DNA of 64,000 nt from a virus, in the IMG/VR virus record IMGVR_UViG_3300037541_000632, positions 1-64,000 of that record, one strand, 5' to 3'. Shown here one piece after another: positions 18,395 through 26,371 of this stretch. Each line of letters begins with the position of its first letter. Within the stretch, counting starts at the first letter, position 1. Below the pieces are notes generated by a model that made no database searches, was not told the origin of the DNA, and saw only the letters and a program-made list of their open reading frames with translations. Both the position numbers and the translations under genes were made by a program.

Positions 18395-19498
18395 TTAGCT
18401 TACGCCATAAGCGAAGGCACGATAGTCTAATACAGTTTCTGTAACCTTAGCTTGAAGTTTAACACTTTCTCCCTTGCTGTTCTTGAACACGAAGGTTTTA
18501 CCATCCTTACTGGCAGACACCAGATCGGTAGGAATAAATTCTGCGGTGACAAAGTCAGAATCATTATCTTCGTGATTTTTATCAATGTCAGTACGCTTAT
18601 ATTTATGATAGTAAATTTTAATACGATCACCCATAGGTTTACCAACAAAGTCACCGTTAGTAACGACATGCGTGTCAGGATAACCGGCAACACTGATTGT
18701 GGCGGTATAAGTATTTGAATCCTCGTACTCAGGCTTGATGTTAAGTAGACTAATAGCCTCAAACGGATCTTCGTTGAAGCGATTCATTTCCTCGACTAGG
18801 GCCTGTAGCATATCAAAATTAAAGGCGCTGAATAGCGTCTTTATACGAACGATATGATCGATTTGCGATTTATCGTTCAAATTGTCTTCGCAGTATTCAC
18901 GAATGAACTGCTCCTCAATGCCTTTGTAGTCGATGGAATAGAAGATACGCCCGGGACGGTTGCGCATGTTAATATCCAACTTCCACTTGTCATTGACGGT
19001 GAAAACATAAAGCTTGTTGGTAGGGTAAATACCATCCAACAAAGTGAGAACTTCCTTTTGCTTCTCCATGTCATAAACCTTTTCGAACTCATCGAAAAGA
19101 ATAACAGCAGGCTGTTCGATCTTTTGTAGCATATTGAAGAACGCATCACCTACGCGCGGGGTGTTAATAACAATCACAGGGAAATCTTTTGCCTGCGCAA
19201 AGCACGCCAACGTTTTAGCCAGCAAAGACTTACCGGAACCCTTTTCACCGCATAGAAGGACACCTGTAGCTGTATTTCTTTTTTCGTAGCTATACAAAAT
19301 ACGCTCGGCATATTTATCATTATGCCCGTACCTCTTTTGAGGTATATTAAAATTATCGATTTTCTCCAGCATGAGCTCCTCTGTTATCGGGTGCGCTCGA
19401 ATAGAATAAACTGCCGGAGGAAGCCTATCTTTAAAATTCATTAATTCCGGGTCGCGTAGAAGAACTGTACTGCCTTGGATACTAAAGATTGTGGACAT
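18395..19498 (-). CDS. AAA+ ATPase
   Basis: Walker A GEKGSGKS, Walker B ILFDEFEK, RPGR arginine finger; start moved to MSTIF. Confidence 0.9.
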   Translation of the reverse strand: MSTIFSIQGSTVLLRDPELMNFKDRLPPAVYSIRAHPITEELMLEKIDNFNIPQKRYGHNDKYAERILYSYEKRNTATGVLLCGEKGSGKSLLAKTLACFAQAKDFPVIVINTPRVGDAFFNMLQKIEQPAVILFDEFEKVYDMEKQKEVLTLLDGIYPTNKLYVFTVNDKWKLDINMRNRPGRIFYSIDYKGIEEQFIREYCEDNLNDKSQIDHIVRIKTLFSAFNFDMLQALVEEMNRFNEDPFEAISLLNIKPEYEDSNTYTATISVAGYPDTHVVTNGDFVGKPMGDRIKIYYHKYKRTDIDKNHEDNDSDFVTAEFIPTDLVSASKDGKTFVFKNSKGESVKLQAKVTETVLDYRAFAYGVS

Positions 19499-19523
19499 TG
19501 TGCTTTTAATTTTGGTGTGTGGT

Positions 19524-19922
19524 TTAAGCCGGAACAAATTTCTTAACTGCTAGCTTTTCTACTTCACTAAATGGACGGTTCTCTTTACCGAACCTATAAT
19601 CCGTCTCATGAAGAATATATAAATTACAATTCAAGTCATTAGCGACTTGTTGTAGTTTTTCAGAATCGTCTGCTAGATCCAAATCTCCCCACCAAATTTT
19701 ACCTTGGTCAGTGACCACATTAGCATTGAATACTGCTTGGTTGTTTGGTCTTTCAGATATGTACATACTTTTGCTAGAAGCAATCATTCGAGATAACTCG
19801 AATCCATGTTTCCGCATTACTTTTAATTCTGTGGCATGCCTCTGTGTTACTTGCGTAACTTCTGCATGAAATTCTTCATTCTGAGATTGCATATTTTTAT
19901 TCTGCGATTGCGTCTTTTTCAT
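19524..19922 (-). CDS. hypothetical protein
   Basis: ORF with FNANV...KIWWGDLDL motif. Confidence 0.7.
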   Translation of the reverse strand: MKKTQSQNKNMQSQNEEFHAEVTQVTQRHATELKVMRKHGFELSRMIASSKSMYISERPNNQAVFNANVVTDQGKIWWGDLDLADDSEKLQQVANDLNCNLYILHETDYRFGKENRPFSEVEKLAVKKFVPA

Positions 19923-20202
19923 TTATCAAATCATACCATTCTTTTGGAATGTCTACTACCTGATCGGTAACTAAAGCTGATCCATTGTCTTTGTCTATTT
20001 GTTCGATTGCGCGTTTCAAGTAAATAGCCTTATCAAGAGTTTCCTCGTAGGCATGCTGCAACCACTGTTTTAAAGACAAATCATTGTCTCTCACAGTGCT
20101 ATTATATTTTTTAATACCCATTTGTTGTCTGCGAGAAATATCTGCATGAAATTCTTCATTCTGAGATTGCATATTTTTATTCTGCGATTGCGTCTTTTTC
20201 AT
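19897..20202 (-). CDS. chimeric ORF built from pieces of three neighbouring genes
   Basis: N-terminus from 19524-19922, middle from 20571-20831, C-terminus from 20177-20632. Confidence 0.5.
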   Translation of the reverse strand: MKKTQSQNKNMQSQNEEFHADISRRQQMGIKKYNSTVRDNDLSLKQWLQHAYEETLDKAIYLKRAIEQIDKDNGSALVTDQVVDIPKEWYDLINEKDAIAE

Positions 20203-20632
20203 TTATCAAATCATACCATTCTTTTGGAATGTCTACTACCTGATCGGTAGTAACATAAAAAACTGAAGTTATCGCGGGCATAGCAGATTCAAAAACTTCT
20301 TGTAAAAGAAGCAGCACTTCTACAACACCCGCAGTTGAAGCGAAATACTGAACTCTACTCTCCGCTGGAAAAAGAAGAGTGAATATTTTAGTATCTGACT
20401 TAAATTTATTAGCTGCCTTAGCGGCGGCTTGCGCATTAGTTTTCTCTGCGTCCTTAGCTAAGATGGCTTGTTGCTTCAAGTCAGCAATACTAGCTGAAAT
20501 CGCCATATACTCAGCCACCCTAGCCTTCTTAATTTCTTTAGTCGGAGAAGAATTAATATCTGAATTGATTTTAGCTGCTCTTGCTTTCAGAGCCACTAGC
20601 TTGTGATTGATGGTAACTAAAGCTGATTCCAT
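20177..20632 (-). CDS. hypothetical protein
   Basis: 151 aa ORF. Confidence 0.65.
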   Translation of the reverse strand: MESALVTINHKLVALKARAAKINSDINSSPTKEIKKARVAEYMAISASIADLKQQAILAKDAEKTNAQAAAKAANKFKSDTKIFTLLFPAESRVQYFASTAGVVEVLLLLQEVFESAMPAITSVFYVTTDQVVDIPKEWYDLINEKDAIAE

Positions 20633-20831
20633 TGTCTTTGTCTATTTGTTCGATTGCGCGTTTCAAGTAAATAGCCTTATCAAGAGTTTCCTCGTAGGCA
20701 TGCTGCAACCACTGTTTTAAAGACAAATCATTGTCTCTCACAGTGCTATTATATTTTTTAATACCCATTTGTTGTCTGCGAGAAATATCTGCACAAACAT
20801 CCGCCTCAGTACCAATAACATTTATTTCCAT
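20571..20831 (-). CDS. conserved phage helical protein
   Basis: R...GIKKY...WLQHAYEE.LD.AIYL motif; likely start MEIN. Confidence 0.7.
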   Translation of the reverse strand: MEINVIGTEADVCADISRRQQMGIKKYNSTVRDNDLSLKQWLQHAYEETLDKAIYLKRAIEQIDKDNGISFSYHQSQASGSESKSS

Positions 20832-20883
20832 GGTGCGCGTGTTATACAATTGGCTTTGCATTCACGCAATACCAAAGTGTAAA

Positions 20884-21264
20884 TTATACGTTAGCGTTGT
20901 ATACCTTGAGTATGTTATTAGCCAATACACGACAAGATTCACGGTCACGATTAAATGTACCGTCTGATCTTTTAGGCGAAGCTATAAGAAGTAAAGTAGA
21001 TTCATATTCAGCTAACTGCGCTCTAAGATCTTTAATCTTAGTTTCTAGCGTTGTAACTAAATTCTTACTTATCTTTTTGTTTATACTTTTATCGCTAATT
21101 TTTGATATAATTTTTTTGTCGCACCATTCATCGTGTTTAGCGATAGGATCTTCTTCTGAACAAGTACACCAAGCACACTGACGTGCATTAGTGGTAGGTA
21201 CGGTTTTTTTATTAGAGACAGAGAATGACTGTCCTAGCGACTTTGGTATATCTAATCCATTCAT
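20884..21264 (-). CDS. hypothetical protein
   Basis: ORF with CxxC..H...C. Confidence 0.6.
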   Translation of the reverse strand: MNGLDIPKSLGQSFSVSNKKTVPTTNARQCAWCTCSEEDPIAKHDEWCDKKIISKISDKSINKKISKNLVTTLETKIKDLRAQLAEYESTLLLIASPKRSDGTFNRDRESCRVLANNILKVYNANV

Positions 21265-21436
21265 CTTTTGTAGATTGTTCTAGCTCATTCCATTTTCTGC
21301 GTTCCGGGTAAACCTTGGACCAGATTATTTCGGCCATAAGTTCCAGGTCTTGAATATCAGTAAGGGTGGTTTCACAACACTCACGATCTGTACAATCATA
21401 AGGTGTCGGACAATTTTGGCATGTGATAAAAAACAT
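21212..21436 (-). CDS. small Cys-rich protein
   Basis: CQNCPTPYDC...CC. Confidence 0.55.
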   Translation of the reverse strand: MFFITCQNCPTPYDCTDRECCETTLTDIQDLELMAEIIWSKVYPERRKWNELEQSTKDEWIRYTKVARTVILCL

Positions 21437-21638
21437 TATGTGTTAAGGTTATCCTCAAAAAACTTATCCTCAAAAAATCATTTACATTATAAAATGTGCG
21501 TCTGAAAGTATGGTTCCAAATATGCGCGCGGAAACCAATATCACACAGAGAATTAATGCGTTTATTAAATTCTAAATGACAGCACGCATTATGCACGTCG
21601 CTCATTAATCTGTCATATACATGGGCTTCAAGTGTCAT
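21396..21638 (-). CDS. degenerate terminal member of SVxx array 1
   Basis: Starts MTLE at the same 11-nt junction but the repeat is eroded. Confidence 0.55.
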   Translation of the reverse strand: MTLEAHVYDRLMSDVHNACCHLEFNKRINSLCDIGFRAHIWNHTFRRTFYNVNDFLRISFLRITLTHNVFYHMPKLSDTL

Positions 21639-21831
21639 ATGATTCAATTAGTTTATCAATTTTGTTGTAAACATCTCTGCAAAAAGAATAACGAAAATAA
21701 TGCTGAACAGAGTCATCAACAGAATCAATAACAGAATTACGAACAGATTGCCGAGCAGAATTAAAAACAGAATTTAAAACAGAATTCCAAACAGAATCAT
21801 AAACATTATAAACAGAAGCTTCAAGTGTCAT
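21628..21831 (-). CDS. SVxx-repeat protein (array 1 unit 11)
   Basis: MTLE...SYDT; 11-nt overlap. Confidence 0.7.
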   Translation of the reverse strand: MTLEASVYNVYDSVWNSVLNSVFNSARQSVRNSVIDSVDDSVQHYFRYSFCRDVYNKIDKLIESYDT

Positions 21832-22039
21832 ATGATTTCATTAGATCTTTGATTGAATTATATACAGAATTATAAACAGAATCCCAAACAGGCTTACAAA
21901 CAGAATTACAAACAGAACTACGAACAGAATTATGAAAAGAATTATGAAAAGAATTAAAAACATAATTATCAACATAATTCCAAACATAATTATCAACATA
22001 ATTACAAACAGAATCACAAACAGATTCTCTAAGTGTCAT
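21821..22039 (-). CDS. SVxx-repeat protein (array 1 unit 10)
   Basis: MTLR...KSYDT. Confidence 0.7.
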   Translation of the reverse strand: MTLRESVCDSVCNYVDNYVWNYVDNYVFNSFHNSFHNSVRSSVCNSVCKPVWDSVYNSVYNSIKDLMKSYDT

Positions 22040-22247
22040 CGGATTTAATTAGGTTATAGACAGAATCACAAACAGAATTATAAACAGAGTCTTTAATAGA
22101 ATCCCAAACAGAATGACGAACATAATCCCAAACAGAATTATAAACAGAATAATAAACAGAATTATAAACAGAATCCCAAACAGAATTATAAACAGAATCA
22201 CGAACAGAATTATAAACAGAATCACGAACAGAATCTTTAAGTGTCAT
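22029..22247 (-). CDS. SVxx-repeat protein (array 1 unit 9)
   Basis: MTLK...KSDDT. Confidence 0.7.
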   Translation of the reverse strand: MTLKDSVRDSVYNSVRDSVYNSVWDSVYNSVYYSVYNSVWDYVRHSVWDSIKDSVYNSVCDSVYNLIKSDDT

Positions 22248-22467
22248 GAGATTTAATTAGGTTACAGACAGAATCCCAAACAGAATCCCAAACAGAATGA
22301 CGAACAGAATTCCAAACAGAATACTGAACAGAATTATTAACAGAATTCCAAACAGAATAATAAACAGAATACTGAACAGAATTATCAACAGAATTCCAAC
22401 CAGAATTATGAACAGAATTATCAACAGAGTCACGAACAGAATTATAAACAGAATATTCAAGTGTCAT
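22237..22467 (-). CDS. SVxx-repeat protein (array 1 unit 8)
   Basis: MTLE...KSHDT. Confidence 0.7.
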   Translation of the reverse strand: MTLEYSVYNSVRDSVDNSVHNSGWNSVDNSVQYSVYYSVWNSVNNSVQYSVWNSVRHSVWDSVWDSVCNLIKSHDT

Positions 22468-22651
22468 GTGATTTAATTAAGGTGTGAATTGAATTATAAA
22501 CAGAATCTTCAACAGAATCCCAAACAGAATCCCGAACAGAATTAAAAACAGAATCATAAATAGAATCATAAATAGAATCATAAACAGAATCCCAAACAGA
22601 ATTAAAAACAGAATTCCAAACAGAATTATAAACAGAATCTTTAAGTGTCAT
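22457..22651 (-). CDS. SVxx-repeat protein (array 1 unit 7)
   Basis: MTLK...KSHDT. Confidence 0.7.
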   Translation of the reverse strand: MTLKDSVYNSVWNSVFNSVWDSVYDSIYDSIYDSVFNSVRDSVWDSVEDSVYNSIHTLIKSHDT

Positions 22652-22883
22652 ATGATTTCACTAGGTCTTTGACTGAATTATATACAGAATCCCAAACAGA
22701 ATCCCAAACAGAAATATCAACAGAATCCCGAACAGAATTATAAACAGAATCCCAAACAGAATCCCAAACAGAATTATAAACAGAATCCCAAACAGAATTA
22801 TCAACAGAATCAAGAACAGAATCCCAAACAGAATTACGAACAGAACTATGAACAAAATTATAAACAGAATCTTTAAGTGTCAT
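22641..22883 (-). CDS. SVxx-repeat protein (array 1 unit 6)
   Basis: MTLK...KSYDT. Confidence 0.7.
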   Translation of the reverse strand: MTLKDSVYNFVHSSVRNSVWDSVLDSVDNSVWDSVYNSVWDSVWDSVYNSVRDSVDISVWDSVWDSVYNSVKDLVKSYDT

Positions 22884-23091
22884 GAGATTTAATTAGATCT
22901 TTAATTGAGCTATAAACAGAATCCCAAACAGAAATATCAACAGAATCCCGAACAGAATTATAAACAGAATCCCAAACAGAATTATAAACAGAATCCCAAA
23001 CAGAATTATCAACAGAATCAAGAACAGAATCCCAAACAGAATTACGAACAGAATTACGAACAGAATTATAAACAGAATCTTTAAGTGTCAT
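22873..23091 (-). CDS. SVxx-repeat protein (array 1 unit 5)
   Basis: MTLK...KSHDT. Confidence 0.7.
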   Translation of the reverse strand: MTLKDSVYNSVRNSVRNSVWDSVLDSVDNSVWDSVYNSVWDSVYNSVRDSVDISVWDSVYSSIKDLIKSHDT

Positions 23092-23299
23092 GTGATTTAA
23101 TTAGGTTGGTAATTAAATTATAAACAGAAACGCGAACAGAGTTATTAACAGAATCAGAAACAGAGTTATAAACGGAATCAACAACAGAATCAACAACAGA
23201 ACCACGAACAGATTTATGAACAGAGTGCCGAGTAGAATTTAAAACAGAATTCCAAACAGAATTCCAAACAGAATTATAAACAGCGTGGTCAAGTGTCAT
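23081..23299 (-). CDS. SVxx-repeat protein (array 1 unit 4)
   Basis: MTLD...KSHDT. Confidence 0.7.
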   Translation of the reverse strand: MTLDHAVYNSVWNSVWNSVLNSTRHSVHKSVRGSVVDSVVDSVYNSVSDSVNNSVRVSVYNLITNLIKSHDT

Positions 23300-23471
23300 A
23301 TGATTTCACTAGGTCTTTGATTGAATTATATACAGAATCCCAAACAGAATCCCAAACAGAATTATAAACAGAATCCCAAACAGAATTATCAACAGAATCA
23401 AGAACAGAATCCCAAACAGAATTACGAACAGAATTACGAACAGAATTATAAACAGAATCTTTAAGTGTCAT
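23289..23471 (-). CDS. SVxx-repeat protein (array 1 unit 3)
   Basis: MTLK...KSYDT. Confidence 0.7.
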   Translation of the reverse strand: MTLKDSVYNSVRNSVRNSVWDSVLDSVDNSVWDSVYNSVWDSVWDSVYNSIKDLVKSYDT

Positions 23472-23667
23472 GTGATTTAATTAGATCTTTAATTGAGCTA
23501 TAAACAGAATCATGAACAGAAATCCGAACAGAGTCACGAACAGAATTATGAACAGAAACACAAACAGAATCCCAAACAGAATTATGAACAGAATTATGAA
23601 CAGAATTCCAAGCAGAACTATGAACAGGCTTACGAACAGAATAATAAACAGAATATTCAAGTGTCAT
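23461..23667 (-). CDS. SVxx-repeat protein (array 1 unit 2)
   Basis: MTLE...KSHDT. Confidence 0.7.
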   Translation of the reverse strand: MTLEYSVYYSVRKPVHSSAWNSVHNSVHNSVWDSVCVSVHNSVRDSVRISVHDSVYSSIKDLIKSHDT

Positions 23668-23875
23668 ATGATTTCACTAGGTCTTTGATTGAATTCCAAA
23701 CAGAATACTGAACAGAATTCCAAACAGAATTATTAACAGAATTCCAAACAGAATTCCAAACAGAATAATAAACAGAATCCCAAACAGAATTATCAACAGA
23801 ATCAAGAACAGAATCCCAAACAGAATTACGAACAGAATTACGAACAGAATTATAAACAGAATCTTTAAGTGTCAT
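23657..23875 (-). CDS. SVxx-repeat protein (array 1 unit 1)
   Basis: MTLK...KSYDT; ATGA overlap with the upstream gene. Confidence 0.7.
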   Translation of the reverse strand: MTLKDSVYNSVRNSVRNSVWDSVLDSVDNSVWDSVYYSVWNSVWNSVNNSVWNSVQYSVWNSIKDLVKSYDT

Positions 23876-24444
23876 GCGCTTATCCAGTCAGGTTTATTCT
23901 GTATCCACTTATGTAAGTGCTGTTTACCTGCTATGTAAAAATTACGATAGGCCTGCACCGAGTCTTCGCATTTAAATTCATCAGGCATCGCCTGCGCAAA
24001 TTCCGTTATAGATCCTTCAGGTACAAGACTATGCTGTAAATTTAGTTGAACCCAATTAATAAAAGGAATGCAGAAATGCTGTGCGGGCGCGCTATTAACA
24101 ATATCCGGGGCGTGAGGCTTACCTTCCTCTTTTAATTTAAGCAGCTCTTGTGCTTTCAGCCTATAACGCTGAATTCTTTCTGTATCCATGGCAAATGCAT
24201 GTGCAATTAACCACCTCATATTCTCCCGGGATACGCGGACCCATTTACTGCAGGGATGGTTGTAATGCGCGTATTTACGCACTGTACCTGCCTGAGTCCT
24301 AGGACAAGTCTCGTCAGCCAACTGCTCCGGTGAAAAGCAGTTGGCTAACATCTGAGCAGATTCCAATACCATTTTCACGACATGGGAATCTACAAGGTGT
24401 CTCGCCGACTTGACGGGGCACCTGTAAATTGCGAAGATATTCAT
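23872..24444 (-). CDS. pyrimidine-dimer DNA glycosylase-like protein
   Basis: MNIF...HVVKM.LESAQML...HYNHPCSKW...QAMPD...AYR.FY family pattern. Confidence 0.75.
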   Translation of the reverse strand: MNIFAIYRCPVKSARHLVDSHVVKMVLESAQMLANCFSPEQLADETCPRTQAGTVRKYAHYNHPCSKWVRVSRENMRWLIAHAFAMDTERIQRYRLKAQELLKLKEEGKPHAPDIVNSAPAQHFCIPFINWVQLNLQHSLVPEGSITEFAQAMPDEFKCEDSVQAYRNFYIAGKQHLHKWIQNKPDWISA

Positions 24445-24707
24445 TTAGCAAATTCTTTTGCCTTATCCCACTTTAACCAGACTCGAGGTCTTTCATCCTC
24501 GATATAATCAGAGAAATCATTTAAATCTCTCTCATCCTGCACATAGGCAGCGGCTTGAAATAAACCGTTGTCTACAACACAGACAAGGTTCTCTTCCCAT
24601 TCTTTGGGAGCGTCTGGAAGCAATATAGCTCCAGCTTTAATTAAATCTTCATCCTTATCAAGATATTTCAGCGGACCTGAAGGTGTGTGATTGATATACT
24701 TACCCAT
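24441..24707 (-). CDS. conserved phage hypothetical protein
   Basis: VCVVDNGLF.AA...D.RP..W motif. Confidence 0.7.
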   Translation of the reverse strand: MGKYINHTPSGPLKYLDKDEDLIKAGAILLPDAPKEWEENLVCVVDNGLFQAAAYVQDERDLNDFSDYIEDERPRVWLKWDKAKEFAK

Positions 24708-24713
24708 ACAATA

Positions 24714-25406
24714 CTATATAACACTAATACCCACATCTGTTGCATTGACTGATTCACCGGTATCTGGAGTAGACACCGCCTCTTCCTTATTACCTTTAGC
24801 CCTTGAAGGCTTCACTTCACCTTTACGCTCCCAAGCATTTCTACAGTAAAGTATAACATGTTTTGGTTGTAAGATTTCAGGAGGTTCTACAATAGTACTT
24901 GTGTAGCCGTGCGCGTACTTAACAGTTTTAACTTTTCCGGCGTTAGAATTTTTTACACTTATAGGTAAAAGTCTACGCCCACAAATTCTAAAAGAACGAG
25001 ATTTAGGGAAAATCTGATTCTCATGCATATCAATAGTAAAATAAACCTGCCCTCTTACAAAGTTACGTTGCCTTCCCAGCACATTAAATGCACAAGAAAT
25101 TCTATTATTTTCGCTTACCATAGTTATATTTAATACACCTCCGTAACTAACAGCGGCGTGATTAATTTTTACTTTTAACAATTTCATGAAGAAGTAATCC
25201 ATAGTTTTTGGATTATCCTCATTAAGGATCATTGTAGCGATTTCTCGAGCGGTGAAGTTTCTTGCAAACATTGAACTTTTTATTTGTTCTATTCCTTGGG
25301 ATATATACAAACTAATGTTATTTATATAAATTTTAGAAACATTTTCTTTTACTAATCCAAATTTATTTAAAATATAAGAAGATAATTTGGCACTGTTAAA
25401 TGTCAT
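24714..25406 (-). CDS. hypothetical protein
   Basis: 230 aa ORF. Confidence 0.65.
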   Translation of the reverse strand: MTFNSAKLSSYILNKFGLVKENVSKIYINNISLYISQGIEQIKSSMFARNFTAREIATMILNEDNPKTMDYFFMKLLKVKINHAAVSYGGVLNITMVSENNRISCAFNVLGRQRNFVRGQVYFTIDMHENQIFPKSRSFRICGRRLLPISVKNSNAGKVKTVKYAHGYTSTIVEPPEILQPKHVILYCRNAWERKGEVKPSRAKGNKEEAVSTPDTGESVNATDVGISVI

Positions 25407-25411
25407 GCTTT

Positions 25412-25786
25412 TTAGGATTTATAATCAATAGACTCTATAAGATTATAAAAAGGAACTAACTTTACACTGTAACCAGCATCTAATAGCTTATTAAACATTT
25501 CTTCTGCAGCTAAGACATTATGCGAATGCACTACTATTTTATTAATTGATTTAGTGCGTGGCTGCTCGCAAAGATAACGCACAACCTCCATACCGCAGTC
25601 TTCCCGGGAAGAGTTGACGTAAGCCTCGCCTCCTAAATCATGGTCCAGGAATAACCAGTCAATATTTATGCTATCCTTTATTAGTTTAATACACTGTTCC
25701 GCAGTCTCAGCACGAACAGCTTGTGGTATCTTGGATTGGAATTTATACCACCGTTGATGGTCATCATCTAAAAAAATAATTCTCAT
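25412..25786 (-). CDS. cyclic-phosphate-processing receiver-like domain protein
   Basis: FLDDD, LDHDLG and VHSHN motifs. Confidence 0.75.
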   Translation of the reverse strand: MRIIFLDDDHQRWYKFQSKIPQAVRAETAEQCIKLIKDSINIDWLFLDHDLGGEAYVNSSREDCGMEVVRYLCEQPRTKSINKIVVHSHNVLAAEEMFNKLLDAGYSVKLVPFYNLIESIDYKS

Positions 25787-26367
25787 AGTTTAAAAGCAAC
25801 TTTCTGTAACCAGTTATTAAATTTTTCTAACTTATAATGAATGGATAACAATACTTTACTAATAGCACGCGCTACCTTACCCCGAAAGGTTTTATAGTAA
25901 GCAGCGTCCGCTTCCATGATTTTCATTATCTCATTATTGCGCTCAATCCTAGGAGTCGGATCTTTTTCTTCGTATTCAATGCATTCCATACTAACTAGAA
26001 CACCATTCACTAATTTAACTTTTAGCTCAATTGAAATATCGATGGTGTCGCTATTGTAATAATCATATAGACAAATTGTATCAGTAATTAATTCAGGATT
26101 ACAGCTTCTAGCTGTTTCATTAAAATGAAAACCGAAGATTTCATTTGGGTTTTCATTTTTAACAAACTCTCCTTCCACCTCGTCTTTATGAAACATATAC
26201 GCACCATCCACATTTTTAAAATGGTAGGTTTGTAGTGCGTTATATAAATCTTTTGTTTGAAAGTCAGTGACTTCGTGCTTGAGTAAACTCGCATATTTTT
26301 GAATGCATGTGTCCTCCTGAGCTTTCAGAAGTTCAACTGGAACATGGACTGTGTCGTACATTCCCAT
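25783..26367 (-). CDS. conserved phage hypothetical protein
   Basis: MGMYD...FQTKDL motif. Confidence 0.7.
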   Translation of the reverse strand: MGMYDTVHVPVELLKAQEDTCIQKYASLLKHEVTDFQTKDLYNALQTYHFKNVDGAYMFHKDEVEGEFVKNENPNEIFGFHFNETARSCNPELITDTICLYDYYNSDTIDISIELKVKLVNGVLVSMECIEYEEKDPTPRIERNNEIMKIMEADAAYYKTFRGKVARAISKVLLSIHYKLEKFNNWLQKVAFKL

Positions 26368-26371
26368 AATT

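Larger units (their letters stand above)
19861..20793. repeat. interleaved direct duplications A (19861-19969 = 20141-20249) and B (19966-20146 = 20612-20793)
   Basis: Near-identical copies read directly from the sequence; B copy 1 has a 1-nt deletion. Confidence 0.9.
21628..23875 (-). repeat. SVxx micro-gene array 1 (11 units of 12-nt TCTGTT-N6 repeats)
   Basis: + strand AACAGA every 12 nt, interrupted by a conserved junction containing AAGTGTCAT. Confidence 0.95.
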
